30,462 nt of DNA, taken from positions 1 through 30,462 of the IMG/VR virus record IMGVR_UViG_3300032212_000112. One strand, 5' to 3'. Both the position numbers and the translations under genes were made by a program. Below the pieces are notes generated by a model. That model searched no databases. It was not told where the DNA came from and saw only the letters and a program-made list of their open reading frames with translations. The DNA is from a virus (lineage: Duplodnaviria; Caudoviricetes). This document shows, in pieces, positions 1 to 8,306 of this stretch. Numbering within the stretch: position 1 is the stretch's first letter; every line of letters begins with the position of its first letter.

Positions 1-80
1 AGTGTGAAAACGCTTTAATTGAGCTTGAGGACGTTGCAGAGGTTGTAGCTATAGGGGATTCAGAATGGCAGCTAATGTGA
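1..80 (+). CDS. 3' end of a hypothetical protein (partial, ...CENALIELEDVAEVVAIGDSEWQLM*)
   Basis: Open frame from the window edge to TGA at 78-80, overlapping the next start; read manually. Confidence 0.4.
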   Translation, partial: CENALIELEDVAEVVAIGDSEWQLM

Positions 81-238
81 TACACCAGCACGGCCTCCAA
101 TGGCTAATACATGGCGAGTTTGATTTACTGGGGGCGGCTAATGATTTTGCTGATGAGTTAAGAGATCAAGGTTATCGGGTAAGAGTGATACCGCTCTCAA
201 AGGCGTTCATGGTCTACAGTAATGGGGGTGCAAAATGA
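65..238 (+). CDS. Small hypothetical protein, 57 aa (MAANVIHQHG...SNGGAK), not in ORF track
   Basis: GGGGA SD before ATG 65; its TGA overlaps the next ATG (ATGA 235-238), indicating translational coupling. Confidence 0.6.
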   Translation: MAANVIHQHGLQWLIHGEFDLLGAANDFADELRDQGYRVRVIPLSKAFMVYSNGGAK

Positions 239-681
239 AAGTGAATTATGAAGGCAAATACAGGGTAACAAGAACCGGCAACGTCTATGATGTTGAGCGA
301 GGTATAAAACTAATCCCTTACGTATCTAAATGTACCGGCAAAAAGACGATAAGGCTTGTGATAAACGGCAAGCCCACACAACGCTCATTACACATGATAG
401 TGGCAACGGTTTATATCCCTAATCCAAATAATTACAAATACCTGTTTATGCATCATCCGACGATTATCAACTTAAAAGGCGGCTTATTCTGGTGCAGCCA
501 AGATTATAAAAAATACGCAGAAGAACAGCTTAAAAAAGGGATATTAGTCGAGCCACAAAAAGCTAAATACAAAAGAAAGCCTAAAAATAAGCCGCCATCG
601 CCTCCGGTAGTGACGAAACACAGCAAAAAAGCCTATCCGATGCCTGAGCAAAGCATCGCATCAACCATGAAATGGTCATAA
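235..681 (+). CDS. NUMOD4/HNH-family homing endonuclease-like protein, probably degenerate
   Basis: YEGKYRVTRTGNV resembles the NUMOD4 start; LHMIVATVYIPNPNN resembles HRLVAEAFIPNP; canonical HNH residues after it are altered; basic Pro-rich tail. Confidence 0.65.
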   Translation: MKVNYEGKYRVTRTGNVYDVERGIKLIPYVSKCTGKKTIRLVINGKPTQRSLHMIVATVYIPNPNNYKYLFMHHPTIINLKGGLFWCSQDYKKYAEEQLKKGILVEPQKAKYKRKPKNKPPSPPVVTKHSKKAYPMPEQSIASTMKWS

Positions 682-768
682 AAATAATTTATAGCCTATA
701 AAAACAAACGATTAGCTATTATGAGGGATATTTGCGAGCATGAGTTATAGATTAAACGGGATAGAAAA

Positions 769-960
769 ATGATGAATAAATTAGCAATGAGTGCAGCAGA
801 TGAATTAGGTTTAGCATGTTCCGACCTTCAAATACTTCACCGAGAAATGACAAAAACTAATCCAATCGGCGCTATGACTGTATTATCACTACTCGGCAAG
901 GCCACAGCATTAGAGCAGGAAATCAGCCAGCTTTGCACATTAATAAAAAGGGGGAAATAA
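769..960 (+). CDS. Hypothetical protein, 63 aa
   Basis: ORF whose TAA overlaps the next ATG (TAATG). Confidence 0.6.
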   Translation: MMNKLAMSAADELGLACSDLQILHREMTKTNPIGAMTVLSLLGKATALEQEISQLCTLIKRGK

Positions 961-1214
961 TGAGATCATCATCAGTAATGGCTTTTAATGACCTATCCAG
1001 CCTAAAAATTAACCGACAGGAAAAGCGTATATTAAATTACGTCCTAAACCGAGTTAAACCTGTAACCCGTAGACAGATAGCGCGAGCCTTGAAAATGGAA
1101 ACTAGCACGGTATCTGCAAGGGTCAATTCTATGCTGAAATGGGGCTGTCTTGATGAAAAAACAAAGATGCTATGCCCTATCTCTAAAAAGAAAGTGGGGG
1201 CTATAAGCGCATGA
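960..1214 (+). CDS. Winged-helix HTH DNA-binding protein
   Basis: PVTRRQIARALKMETSTVSARVNSMLKWG is a wHTH pattern; start moved to ATG 960 (GGGG SD, TAATG overlap). Confidence 0.7.
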   Translation: MRSSSVMAFNDLSSLKINRQEKRILNYVLNRVKPVTRRQIARALKMETSTVSARVNSMLKWGCLDEKTKMLCPISKKKVGAISA

Positions 1215-2596
1215 TTGCATACGATAAGTTTATAGGTAGCAAGGAATATGCGCCGGTTGCATCGGGTTTTGAAGCTGATAATCTCAATAATGAATTAAAA
1301 GACTTTCAAGACGCTATTGTTAGATGGGCGTGTAAACGAGGCAGGGCGGCTATCTTTGCTGATACCGGCCTTGGTAAGACATTTATGCAGTGCGAATGGG
1401 CGCGGCTTATCCATGAATACACGGGCGGAAGCGTGATTATATTCGCGCCTCTTGCGGTGGCCGAGCAAACTATACGCGAGGCGGATAAGTTTAATATTGC
1501 TAATATTTCATATATTCGCCATGCGTCAGAAATGACTGGCGTGGGTATTTATATATCAAACTATGAAATGCAGGGCAGTATTGATCCTGATTTGTTTGAT
1601 GGCGTTGTTCTGGATGAATCATCAATCCTTAAAAATCAAATGGGGCGCACCCGAAAAGAAATGATTGACCGATGGGGATCGATAGATTATCGGCTATCTT
1701 GTACGGCTACGCCAAGCCCGAATGATTTTATGGAATTAGGCAATCAGGCCGAGTTCTTGGGCATTATGTCAATGACTGAAATGCTGGCCATGTTTTTTGT
1801 GAACGATACCGGTAACACAGGCACATGGCGGCTTAAAGGGCATGGAGAAAAGAAATTTTATGAATGGCTGGCAACGTGGGCGGTGGTTATTCGCAAACCG
1901 TCTGATATTGGGTTTAGTGACGAAGGCTATGATCTGCCTAAGCTGAATATTATCGAGCATGAGATCGAAATGGCCGCACCGGCAGAGGGTCAATTATTCG
2001 CTATGCCAGCGCAAAGCCTCACAGAAAGACGCGCAGCAAAAAAAGAAAGCATTACGCATCGCGTGGAACTGGCTGCAAGTTTAGTTAATAAATCCGATGA
2101 AAGCTGGATCGTATGGTGTCACTTAAACGATGAGCAAGACGCTATCGAGAAAGCTATTACCCGTGAAATAGTCAGCGTACGTGGTGCGGATAAGGTCGAT
2201 CAGAAGGTTGAGCGACTAACCGGATTCTCTACCGGAAAATATGAAAACATCGTCAGCAAGCCAAGCATCGCGGGTTTTGGGATGAACTGGCAACACACGC
2301 ATAATATGGTTTTTACCGGCATGGATGATAGTTTTGAGAAATTTTATCAGGCCGTGCGCCGCCAGTATCGTTTCGGACAAACTAAAGAGGTCAATGTCCA
2401 TATTATTTATTCAGATGCAGAAGGTAATGTAAAAGCTAATATTGAGCGTAAAGCAAAACAACACGACGATCTAAGCAAGAATATGGTGTCATGTATGCGC
2501 GAGATAATGCAAAAAGAGATACGCGGCGCAGGCATTGAAAAGACAGAATATAATCCAACGATAAAAATGACCATTCCACAATGGCTAGGGGCTTAA
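1211..2596 (+). CDS. SNF2-like superfamily II helicase
   Basis: Walker A DTGLGKT, Walker B VVLDESS, motif III TATP, C-terminal GFGMNWQ and QAVRRQYRFGQ. Confidence 0.9.
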   Translation: MIAYDKFIGSKEYAPVASGFEADNLNNELKDFQDAIVRWACKRGRAAIFADTGLGKTFMQCEWARLIHEYTGGSVIIFAPLAVAEQTIREADKFNIANISYIRHASEMTGVGIYISNYEMQGSIDPDLFDGVVLDESSILKNQMGRTRKEMIDRWGSIDYRLSCTATPSPNDFMELGNQAEFLGIMSMTEMLAMFFVNDTGNTGTWRLKGHGEKKFYEWLATWAVVIRKPSDIGFSDEGYDLPKLNIIEHEIEMAAPAEGQLFAMPAQSLTERRAAKKESITHRVELAASLVNKSDESWIVWCHLNDEQDAIEKAITREIVSVRGADKVDQKVERLTGFSTGKYENIVSKPSIAGFGMNWQHTHNMVFTGMDDSFEKFYQAVRRQYRFGQTKEVNVHIIYSDAEGNVKANIERKAKQHDDLSKNMVSCMREIMQKEIRGAGIEKTEYNPTIKMTIPQWLGA

Positions 2597-2597
2597 A

Positions 2598-3563
2598 ATG
2601 AAAAAAGTAATTAACGAAGTTGTAACCGATGATTATGCAATTTATCACGCTGATTGCGTCGAAGGCATGAAAGGCATCCCTGATAACAGTGTCCACTTTT
2701 CAGTGTATAGTCCGCCATTTGCGTCATTATTCACTTATTCAAATTCAGATCGGGATATGGGCAATAGCGCCAGCCGCTCAGACTTTTATAAGCACTACAA
2801 ATATCTGATTGACGAACATTTTAGAACGCACATGCCTGGACGCATTATCGCGGTTCACTGTATGAATTTACCCACATCAAAACAAAATGACGGATTTATT
2901 GGCTTAACGGATTTTAGAGGCGAGATCATCCGGTTATTTATCGAGGCGGGATTTATTTATCATTCAGAAGTCGTGATATGGAAAGACCCTGTAGTAGCAC
3001 AGCAGCGCACCAAAGCACTTGGATTGCTTCACAAGACCATCGAAAAAGACAGCGCCATGTCTCGCATGGGTATCCCTGACACTATGCTGATGTTCAGAAA
3101 GCCAGGAGAAAACCCCGTGCCGGTAGCGGGTAGATTTAAACTGGATGAATTTGCTGGTGAAGATAAGCCTGACGTAGCAAGCGAGGCATTTAACGGCGAA
3201 GTGGATAGATGGAATAGCATCAATATATGGCAACGCTACGCATCACCGGTATGGATGGATATAAACCAATCCGACACATTGCAATACCGAAACGCACGGG
3301 ATCACGGGGATGAGCGCCATATCTGCCCATTACAACTAGACGTGATTGATCGCTGTTTGCAGTTATGGTCACTACCTGGTGAAACGGTATTAAGCCCATT
3401 TGGTGGTATTGGCTCAGAGGGCTATATGTCGGTAGTGCGAGGCAGAAAGCCGGTATTGTTTGAGCTAAAAGAAAGCTACTTCACTATGCAGATGAAAAAC
3501 ATGGAAGATGCGATAAAAAAACGCGATGAAGGCGATCTATTTGGAGATTTAGTCAATGGATAA
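2598..3563 (+). CDS. Beta-class amino-DNA methyltransferase (N4-C/N6-A)
   Basis: Catalytic SPPF near the N-terminus, HICPLQ, SAM-binding SPFGGIGS near the C-terminus. Confidence 0.9.
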   Translation: MKKVINEVVTDDYAIYHADCVEGMKGIPDNSVHFSVYSPPFASLFTYSNSDRDMGNSASRSDFYKHYKYLIDEHFRTHMPGRIIAVHCMNLPTSKQNDGFIGLTDFRGEIIRLFIEAGFIYHSEVVIWKDPVVAQQRTKALGLLHKTIEKDSAMSRMGIPDTMLMFRKPGENPVPVAGRFKLDEFAGEDKPDVASEAFNGEVDRWNSINIWQRYASPVWMDINQSDTLQYRNARDHGDERHICPLQLDVIDRCLQLWSLPGETVLSPFGGIGSEGYMSVVRGRKPVLFELKESYFTMQMKNMEDAIKKRDEGDLFGDLVNG

Positions 3564-3888
3564 ATTAATATATCTAGCCCAGCCGTACACCGGCACACAA
3601 GAGCAGATGATCGAGCGATACGACAAAGCCTGCGAAGTGACAGCCAAGCTGATGCGTGATGGCTATTATGTATTTAGCCCGATAGCGCATAGTCATGGCC
3701 CTGCTCAATACGGCTTGCCGAAAGACTTTGAATACTGGAAAGGCTATTGCGAGCTAATGATACCTAAATGCGATGAAGTGCATGTAATGACTATTTCAGG
3801 ATGGACAACCAGCATAGGCGTAGCGTCAGAAATCGAACTAGCAGACAAGCTAGGCATTCCTGTCATTACATTTGACCCTGATGAATAA
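3556..3888 (+). CDS. DUF1937 / nucleoside 2-deoxyribosyltransferase-like protein
   Basis: IYLAQPY, VFSPIAHSH, GWTTSIGVASEIELA motifs. Confidence 0.75.
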   Translation: MDKLIYLAQPYTGTQEQMIERYDKACEVTAKLMRDGYYVFSPIAHSHGPAQYGLPKDFEYWKGYCELMIPKCDEVHVMTISGWTTSIGVASEIELADKLGIPVITFDPDE

Positions 3889-4090
3889 CTCAGGGGTGGA
3901 CTGGTCTTTGTTGCTTTTACAGCTGAAGCGACACATGACAACAAAGCAGATAGAAAAAGGATGCGGATCTGACTGGCAGCATATTAACCGGCTGATCAGG
4001 GGTGAAACCTACGAGCCTAAATACAGCGTAGGCGTTTATCTGATTGAAAAACACAAAAAGCTAGTCGGTGACGAGAGGCCGTTTTTATGA
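3881..4090 (+). CDS. Cro/XRE-like HTH protein
   Basis: MTTKQIEKGCGSDWQHINRLIRGETYEP; start at ATG 3881 (ATGAATAA overlap with the upstream stop). Confidence 0.65.
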   Translation: MNNSGVDWSLLLLQLKRHMTTKQIEKGCGSDWQHINRLIRGETYEPKYSVGVYLIEKHKKLVGDERPFL

Positions 4091-4239
4091 TTTGCTACCA
4101 ACTAACCGCGCCGCAATATCAAGCGCATATATCTGCTTCAAAAGTTGAGCAGATAAAAAACATACTCGCTAACGCACCAGAAGAAATGCGCGAACGTCTA
4201 ACCCTGCATGCTAGATTGATATGGCGGTTAAGAAAATGA
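4087..4239 (+). CDS. Small hypothetical protein, 50 aa (MICYQLTAPQ...IWRLRK), not in ORF track
   Basis: ATGA overlaps at both ends (4087-4090 and 4236-4239); GAGG SD. Confidence 0.65.
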   Translation: MICYQLTAPQYQAHISASKVEQIKNILANAPEEMRERLTLHARLIWRLRK

Positions 4240-4667
4240 GCGAACGACTAATAGAAACACCAGAACAGCGAGCCGATGCCATTAATGCGATTATGGGGCT
4301 AGATTTGCCTTACCGCATAGCAATCAGCCCAAAGAAACTACGAAGCAACGCACAAAACGCAAAATACTGGGCTGGCTTGCAATGGCATATTGACGAAGTT
4401 AGTCAAGCCATCGGTAAAATAAGCGATTATACAGGCCACACACCGCTAGAAATACGCAAGCTGATAGCCAGCAACATGAGTCCTGATCATACAGTCATGC
4501 TGTTTAGCCTGAAAAAAGAGGCTGTACACGAAACGCTCAAGCTAATATGCGACATCCCTACCAGCGTTAAGCTAGGGACTAAAAAGTTTATGGAGTTTGA
4601 ATCTATCATGGAGCAGCAAATGGCTGATGTGTTAGGGGAAGTTAAGAGTTTTATCAAAATGGCGTAA
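4236..4667 (+). CDS. ninB: NinB/Orf-like recombination protein
   Basis: RSNAQNAKYW motif and C-terminal TSVKLGTKKFMEF match the NinB pattern; start moved to 4236. Confidence 0.6.
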   Translation: MSERLIETPEQRADAINAIMGLDLPYRIAISPKKLRSNAQNAKYWAGLQWHIDEVSQAIGKISDYTGHTPLEIRKLIASNMSPDHTVMLFSLKKEAVHETLKLICDIPTSVKLGTKKFMEFESIMEQQMADVLGEVKSFIKMA

Positions 4668-4672
4668 CAATT

Positions 4673-4762
4673 ATGAGCAAACGAAATACCGCAGGGATGG
4701 GGTTATTCTTGATTTACATAGGGATAATACTTTTATTAACGATTATTTGTGGTGCGGCATGA
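4673..4762 (+). CDS. 29-aa single-TM protein (MSKRNTAGMGLFLIYIGIILLLTIICGAA), not in ORF track
   Basis: Fills the gap exactly; TGA overlaps ATG 4759; basic N-terminus plus hydrophobic helix; weak SD. Confidence 0.5.
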   Translation: MSKRNTAGMGLFLIYIGIILLLTIICGAA

Positions 4763-5055
4763 ACGGAAAAAAGCCTGATAAATCCGAACAAAAATGGATT
4801 AATGCCATCTTGGAAAATGGGTGCTGTGTGTGCAAAAACGAATTAAGTCTATTCACGCCAGCAGAAATCCACCACCTGAATGGTGGCAGCAATCACCTGG
4901 ATACCCTGCCTTTATGCTTTTATCATCACCGGCAAGGCGGCAGGACTACTGAATACGTAAGTAGACACCCTTACAAGGATGAATTTGAGAACAGATATGG
5001 GCTTGAGTCTGATTTATTGGATAATTTAAGGCTGGAGATAGGCGATTATGAATAA
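4759..5055 (+). CDS. Ref/DUF968-like zinc-binding HNH nuclease (recombination enhancement)
   Basis: GCCVC...AEIHH...TLPLCFYHHRQG...SRHP...FENRYG. Confidence 0.7.
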   Translation: MNGKKPDKSEQKWINAILENGCCVCKNELSLFTPAEIHHLNGGSNHLDTLPLCFYHHRQGGRTTEYVSRHPYKDEFENRYGLESDLLDNLRLEIGDYE

Positions 5056-5155
5056 AAAAGAAATAACAAACGCATTATTATGCGGCATAGCATACGGCGC
5101 TATCTTTATGGTTGGATTGCTGATGCCACTTTATGTATTAATTGAACTTAACTGA
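5048..5155 (+). CDS. 35-aa membrane protein (MNKKEITNALLCGIAYGAIFMVGLLMPLYVLIELN), not in ORF track
   Basis: ATGAATAA overlap with the upstream stop; GGAG upstream; one hydrophobic helix. Confidence 0.55.
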   Translation: MNKKEITNALLCGIAYGAIFMVGLLMPLYVLIELN

Positions 5156-5163
5156 GGTATAAT

Positions 5164-5397
5164 ATGAAAACAATCCTATGCAAAGACTGTGTAAACATGA
5201 TGAACACTAAGCCCTTGTCTCGGTGCAGTGCATCAAAATATCAAGACCCTGTAACCGGTGAGGACAAACGATTGTGTATGGTTGAGCGATTAGATGGTAT
5301 TGGTCGATGCGGTACACTGGCTAATAATTTCAGCCCTATCGGTGAAAAGCCCGTAGTTAAGCGCACCAATCCGATGAAAAAGGTTGATAAGAAGTGA
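5164..5397 (+). CDS. Cys-rich hypothetical protein, possible Zn-binding
   Basis: CKDC...C...C...C; GAGG SD. Confidence 0.65.
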   Translation: MKTILCKDCVNMMNTKPLSRCSASKYQDPVTGEDKRLCMVERLDGIGRCGTLANNFSPIGEKPVVKRTNPMKKVDKK

Positions 5398-5669
5398 GAT
5401 ATACCCCCGCAATGGCTTATTTAGACCGCATGATTGATGATGCCATCGCACAATTAGCTGATGACAAGGCTGATTCTGGTGTAGAATTACTACAAGAGCT
5501 GGCTATTATCTGGAAAAGCGCAGGAATGACAAGGCAGAGTTTCATAGAAATTTGCACTTATATTCAAAACGAGGCATCAGAACGCAGTGAGGGCGCATTT
5601 GTAGAAATGAAAATGGCCGCAGCACTCAAGAAATCCAGAGAATCTAAGCGAGGGGTGATATTGCAATGA
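5394..5669 (+). CDS. Hypothetical protein, 91 aa
   Basis: GTGA overlap start; helical composition. Confidence 0.6.
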   Translation: MRYTPAMAYLDRMIDDAIAQLADDKADSGVELLQELAIIWKSAGMTRQSFIEICTYIQNEASERSEGAFVEMKMAAALKKSRESKRGVILQ

Positions 5670-5728
5670 AAAAACCAGCAAAGAAAAAAACACCTAAGAA
5701 AGTACCCACAAAGAAAAGGGGTTACTAA
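5666..5728 (+). CDS. 20-aa Lys/Pro-rich peptide MKKPAKKKTPKKVPTKKRGY, not in ORF track
   Basis: GAGGGG SD; ATGA overlap upstream and TAATG overlap downstream. Confidence 0.5.
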   Translation: MKKPAKKKTPKKVPTKKRGY

Positions 5729-6006
5729 TGAAAAGACGCAGCTTTTTAAAAGGATTATTAGGACTAACAGCCGTATCTGTAGCAGGGTGTATGAGGCCAC
5801 CAGAGGCCAAGGCAGAAACTAAGCGGCCAGAGCCGGTGCTAGTCCACAGAAAAACAGGAAAGGAAACTAATTACAAGCAGGTTTTAGGTAGGGAAATGAC
5901 CGCCACAGAGCTAATGCTAAGGCGTGAGGAATATACGCGCAGCATGGCAAAGCGAATAGCAGAAATTCAAAACAAGGCGTTTGAGAAGGCGTTTTTTAAT
6001 GGCTAG
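5728..6006 (+). CDS. Putative twin-arginine (Tat) signal lipoprotein
   Basis: MKRRSFLK + hydrophobic stretch + lipobox VAG-C. Confidence 0.6.
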   Translation: MKRRSFLKGLLGLTAVSVAGCMRPPEAKAETKRPEPVLVHRKTGKETNYKQVLGREMTATELMLRREEYTRSMAKRIAEIQNKAFEKAFFNG

Positions 6007-6370
6007 ACCTACTAAATACACTAAAGCCTTACTTGAGAAAGCATCCGAGTACCTTGATAACTATCAGGAGCAGGGGGATTTAATACCTTCTCACGTAGGG
6101 CTATTTTTATATTTAGGAATATCAAAGACTTGTGCATACGATTGGGCTAAAGAAGAAGATAAAAAAGAGTTTTCGGCTATATTAGAGGTAATTATGCTAA
6201 AACAACAGAAGGTTTTAATTGATGGAGGTCTGTCGAACGCCATGAATAGCGCCATTGTTAAGCTGGTTTTAGGTAAACATGGGTTCTCTGACAAACAAGA
6301 GCTAACAGGACAAGACGGACAGCATCTTATCCCTGATTCTATTGCAATATCCTTTGTAAAACCTAAATGA
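5999..6370 (+). CDS. terS: Terminase small subunit
   Basis: MARPTKY start, HTH region, HGFSDKQELTGQDG tail; immediately upstream of TerL; start moved to 5999. Confidence 0.85.
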   Translation: MARPTKYTKALLEKASEYLDNYQEQGDLIPSHVGLFLYLGISKTCAYDWAKEEDKKEFSAILEVIMLKQQKVLIDGGLSNAMNSAIVKLVLGKHGFSDKQELTGQDGQHLIPDSIAISFVKPK

Positions 6371-7638
6371 ACGCAGACTTTCCTGAGATATACGCGCCAT
6401 TAGTTGAACCAATGCGTTATAAAATCTTGTATGGTGGCCGAGCAGCCGCCAGGTCGTGGACAGTATCACGGTTATTGTTGTTAATGGGGGCTAATAAACC
6501 ATTACGAGTCTTATGCACCCGCGAGCTACAGAAGTCCATTAAGCAATCCGTGCATAAGTTATTGTCAGATCAAATCATAAACCTTGGATTACAAGGATTC
6601 TACGAGATACAGCAACAAGGTATATTTGGCAAGAACGGCACAGAGTTTATGTTTCTCGGTGTAAAGGCTAATCCAGAGGAAATACGCTCTACTGAGGGCA
6701 TCGATATATGCTGGATTGAGGAAGGCCACAGCCTATCAGAGCGGTCATGGGATATTATTGACCCGACAATCCGTAAAGAAGGTAGTGAGATATGGGTATC
6801 ATTCAATACTCGGTTTAAGTTTGACCACATCTATCATCAATTTGTCACCGGTGATATGCCAAGCACAATCATAATCAAGGCATCATACGCTGATAATCCT
6901 TGGTTTCCTGATGTATTACGCAGACAAATGGAACACATGAAGGCGACAGACTATGAAAAATACCTCCACATTTGGGAAGGTGAGCTTAAATTACTGGCAG
7001 AGGGTGCTGTATTTGGCAAGCAAGTTAAACAAGTACGCCAGGATGGCCGTCTTTGCCCTATTCCAATTGCTACTAACATTGTCGTTGATACCTTTTGGGA
7101 TATTGGCCGCTCTGACAATACTGTGGTTTGGTTTATGCAGCGTGTTGGAAAAGAATATCGATTTATAGACTGCTACTACGCAAGGCAGGAAGATTTAGAG
7201 CATTACGCCAAAGTATTACGGAAACTTGATTACAACTACGGGAGGCATTATTTCCCGCATGATGCAGACCATGACCGGCTAGGCATGAAGCAGAATGTAA
7301 AAGAGCAGATGGTAGCGCAAGGCATTAAGCCAGTAACCATCGTACCGAGAACCAAAGAAAAGCAATCCGCTATCCGATTAACTGAGCGCATGTTTGCTGA
7401 GTGCTGGTTTCATCAAGGCGCGGATGATAGAGGAAAGCGCATGGAAAAAGGCTGGGAAGCCCTGTGTAACTACCGATACAAGTACATTGAGGACGATGAC
7501 CGGTACAAAGACACCCCGCACCATGATTGGGCTAGTGACTTTGCTGATGCCTTTATGCAGTTTGCTCAGGGCTATTTCGAGACAGACAAGGCATATAATC
7601 AGCCTATCGTAATGAATAGCGGGTTTAAAATCTTTTAG
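6367..7638 (+). CDS. terL: Terminase large subunit (PBSX/SPP1-like ATPase + RNase H-fold nuclease)
   Basis: YGGRAAARSW, CTRELQKSI, CWIEEG, WDIGRSD, PHDA, HDWASDFADA. Confidence 0.92.
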   Translation: MNADFPEIYAPLVEPMRYKILYGGRAAARSWTVSRLLLLMGANKPLRVLCTRELQKSIKQSVHKLLSDQIINLGLQGFYEIQQQGIFGKNGTEFMFLGVKANPEEIRSTEGIDICWIEEGHSLSERSWDIIDPTIRKEGSEIWVSFNTRFKFDHIYHQFVTGDMPSTIIIKASYADNPWFPDVLRRQMEHMKATDYEKYLHIWEGELKLLAEGAVFGKQVKQVRQDGRLCPIPIATNIVVDTFWDIGRSDNTVVWFMQRVGKEYRFIDCYYARQEDLEHYAKVLRKLDYNYGRHYFPHDADHDRLGMKQNVKEQMVAQGIKPVTIVPRTKEKQSAIRLTERMFAECWFHQGADDRGKRMEKGWEALCNYRYKYIEDDDRYKDTPHHDWASDFADAFMQFAQGYFETDKAYNQPIVMNSGFKIF

Positions 7639-8106
7639 ATGCCCTTCCATAAACCCACGACTCACAGCCTATTAGAATCACAACACCTAATCGGGCTAAC
7701 TAAAGCTAAGTATTACTTCATTTATGAGGATGATGGTACTCGCTATTGGTTTACTCGATTCCTAAAAAAAGGATTTAAACACGTCACAGCTATCAAATTT
7801 AACGGATTATTCTGGATTAAAATGGATTTGAGCCTTGGTTGGACGGATTTTGACGTATTGCCATACGATAGGTATGATACGATACATAACGTGACTGAAC
7901 ACATGGACTTTACTCACATTCAGTACGTTGAGGCATATATGAAGCCGAGATACCGCGTCCGTTCTTTATTCGCGCCTTGGACTTGCGTAGAAGCTATGAA
8001 GTCATTAATCGGGATTAGAGCCTGTTTTGTGACCACACCATATCAACTATTTAAGTACATTGGAGCAAATCATGGGAAAAGTATTAGGCGGCGGAAGCAA
8101 ACCTAA
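7639..8106 (+). CDS. Hypothetical protein with permuted papain/NlpC-P60-like His...Cys signature
   Basis: GFKHV ... TCVE ... TPYQL. Confidence 0.55.
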   Translation: MPFHKPTTHSLLESQHLIGLTKAKYYFIYEDDGTRYWFTRFLKKGFKHVTAIKFNGLFWIKMDLSLGWTDFDVLPYDRYDTIHNVTEHMDFTHIQYVEAYMKPRYRVRSLFAPWTCVEAMKSLIGIRACFVTTPYQLFKYIGANHGKSIRRRKQT

Positions 8107-8305
8107 AGGGCCATCAGCGGCAGAGAAAGCAGCCGCAGCAAGACGACAAAAGCAGGCAGATGAAGCCGCAGCGCGTCAGCAGGCCGAGATTGACAAACTC
8201 AACGCACAAGAAGAGCAGCGCAAAGCCGCAGCAGGCCGTAAACGTAGAGGCCGAGCATCCTTAATATCTGGCGATGAAACCGGCCTAGATACATTAGGGG
8301 GTTAG
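8072..8305 (+). CDS. Small virion protein upstream of portal (T7 gp7.3-like position)
   Basis: MG...GGGSKPK, Ala/Gln coiled coil, GRASLISG...TLGG tail; GGAG SD, start 8072. Confidence 0.65.
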   Translation: MGKVLGGGSKPKGPSAAEKAAAARRQKQADEAAARQQAEIDKLNAQEEQRKAAAGRKRRGRASLISGDETGLDTLGG

Positions 8306-8306
8306 C

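Noticed and set aside
682-768. Promoter or replication origin in the AT-rich gap
   Set aside because: No convincing -35/-10 pair or iterons could be identified
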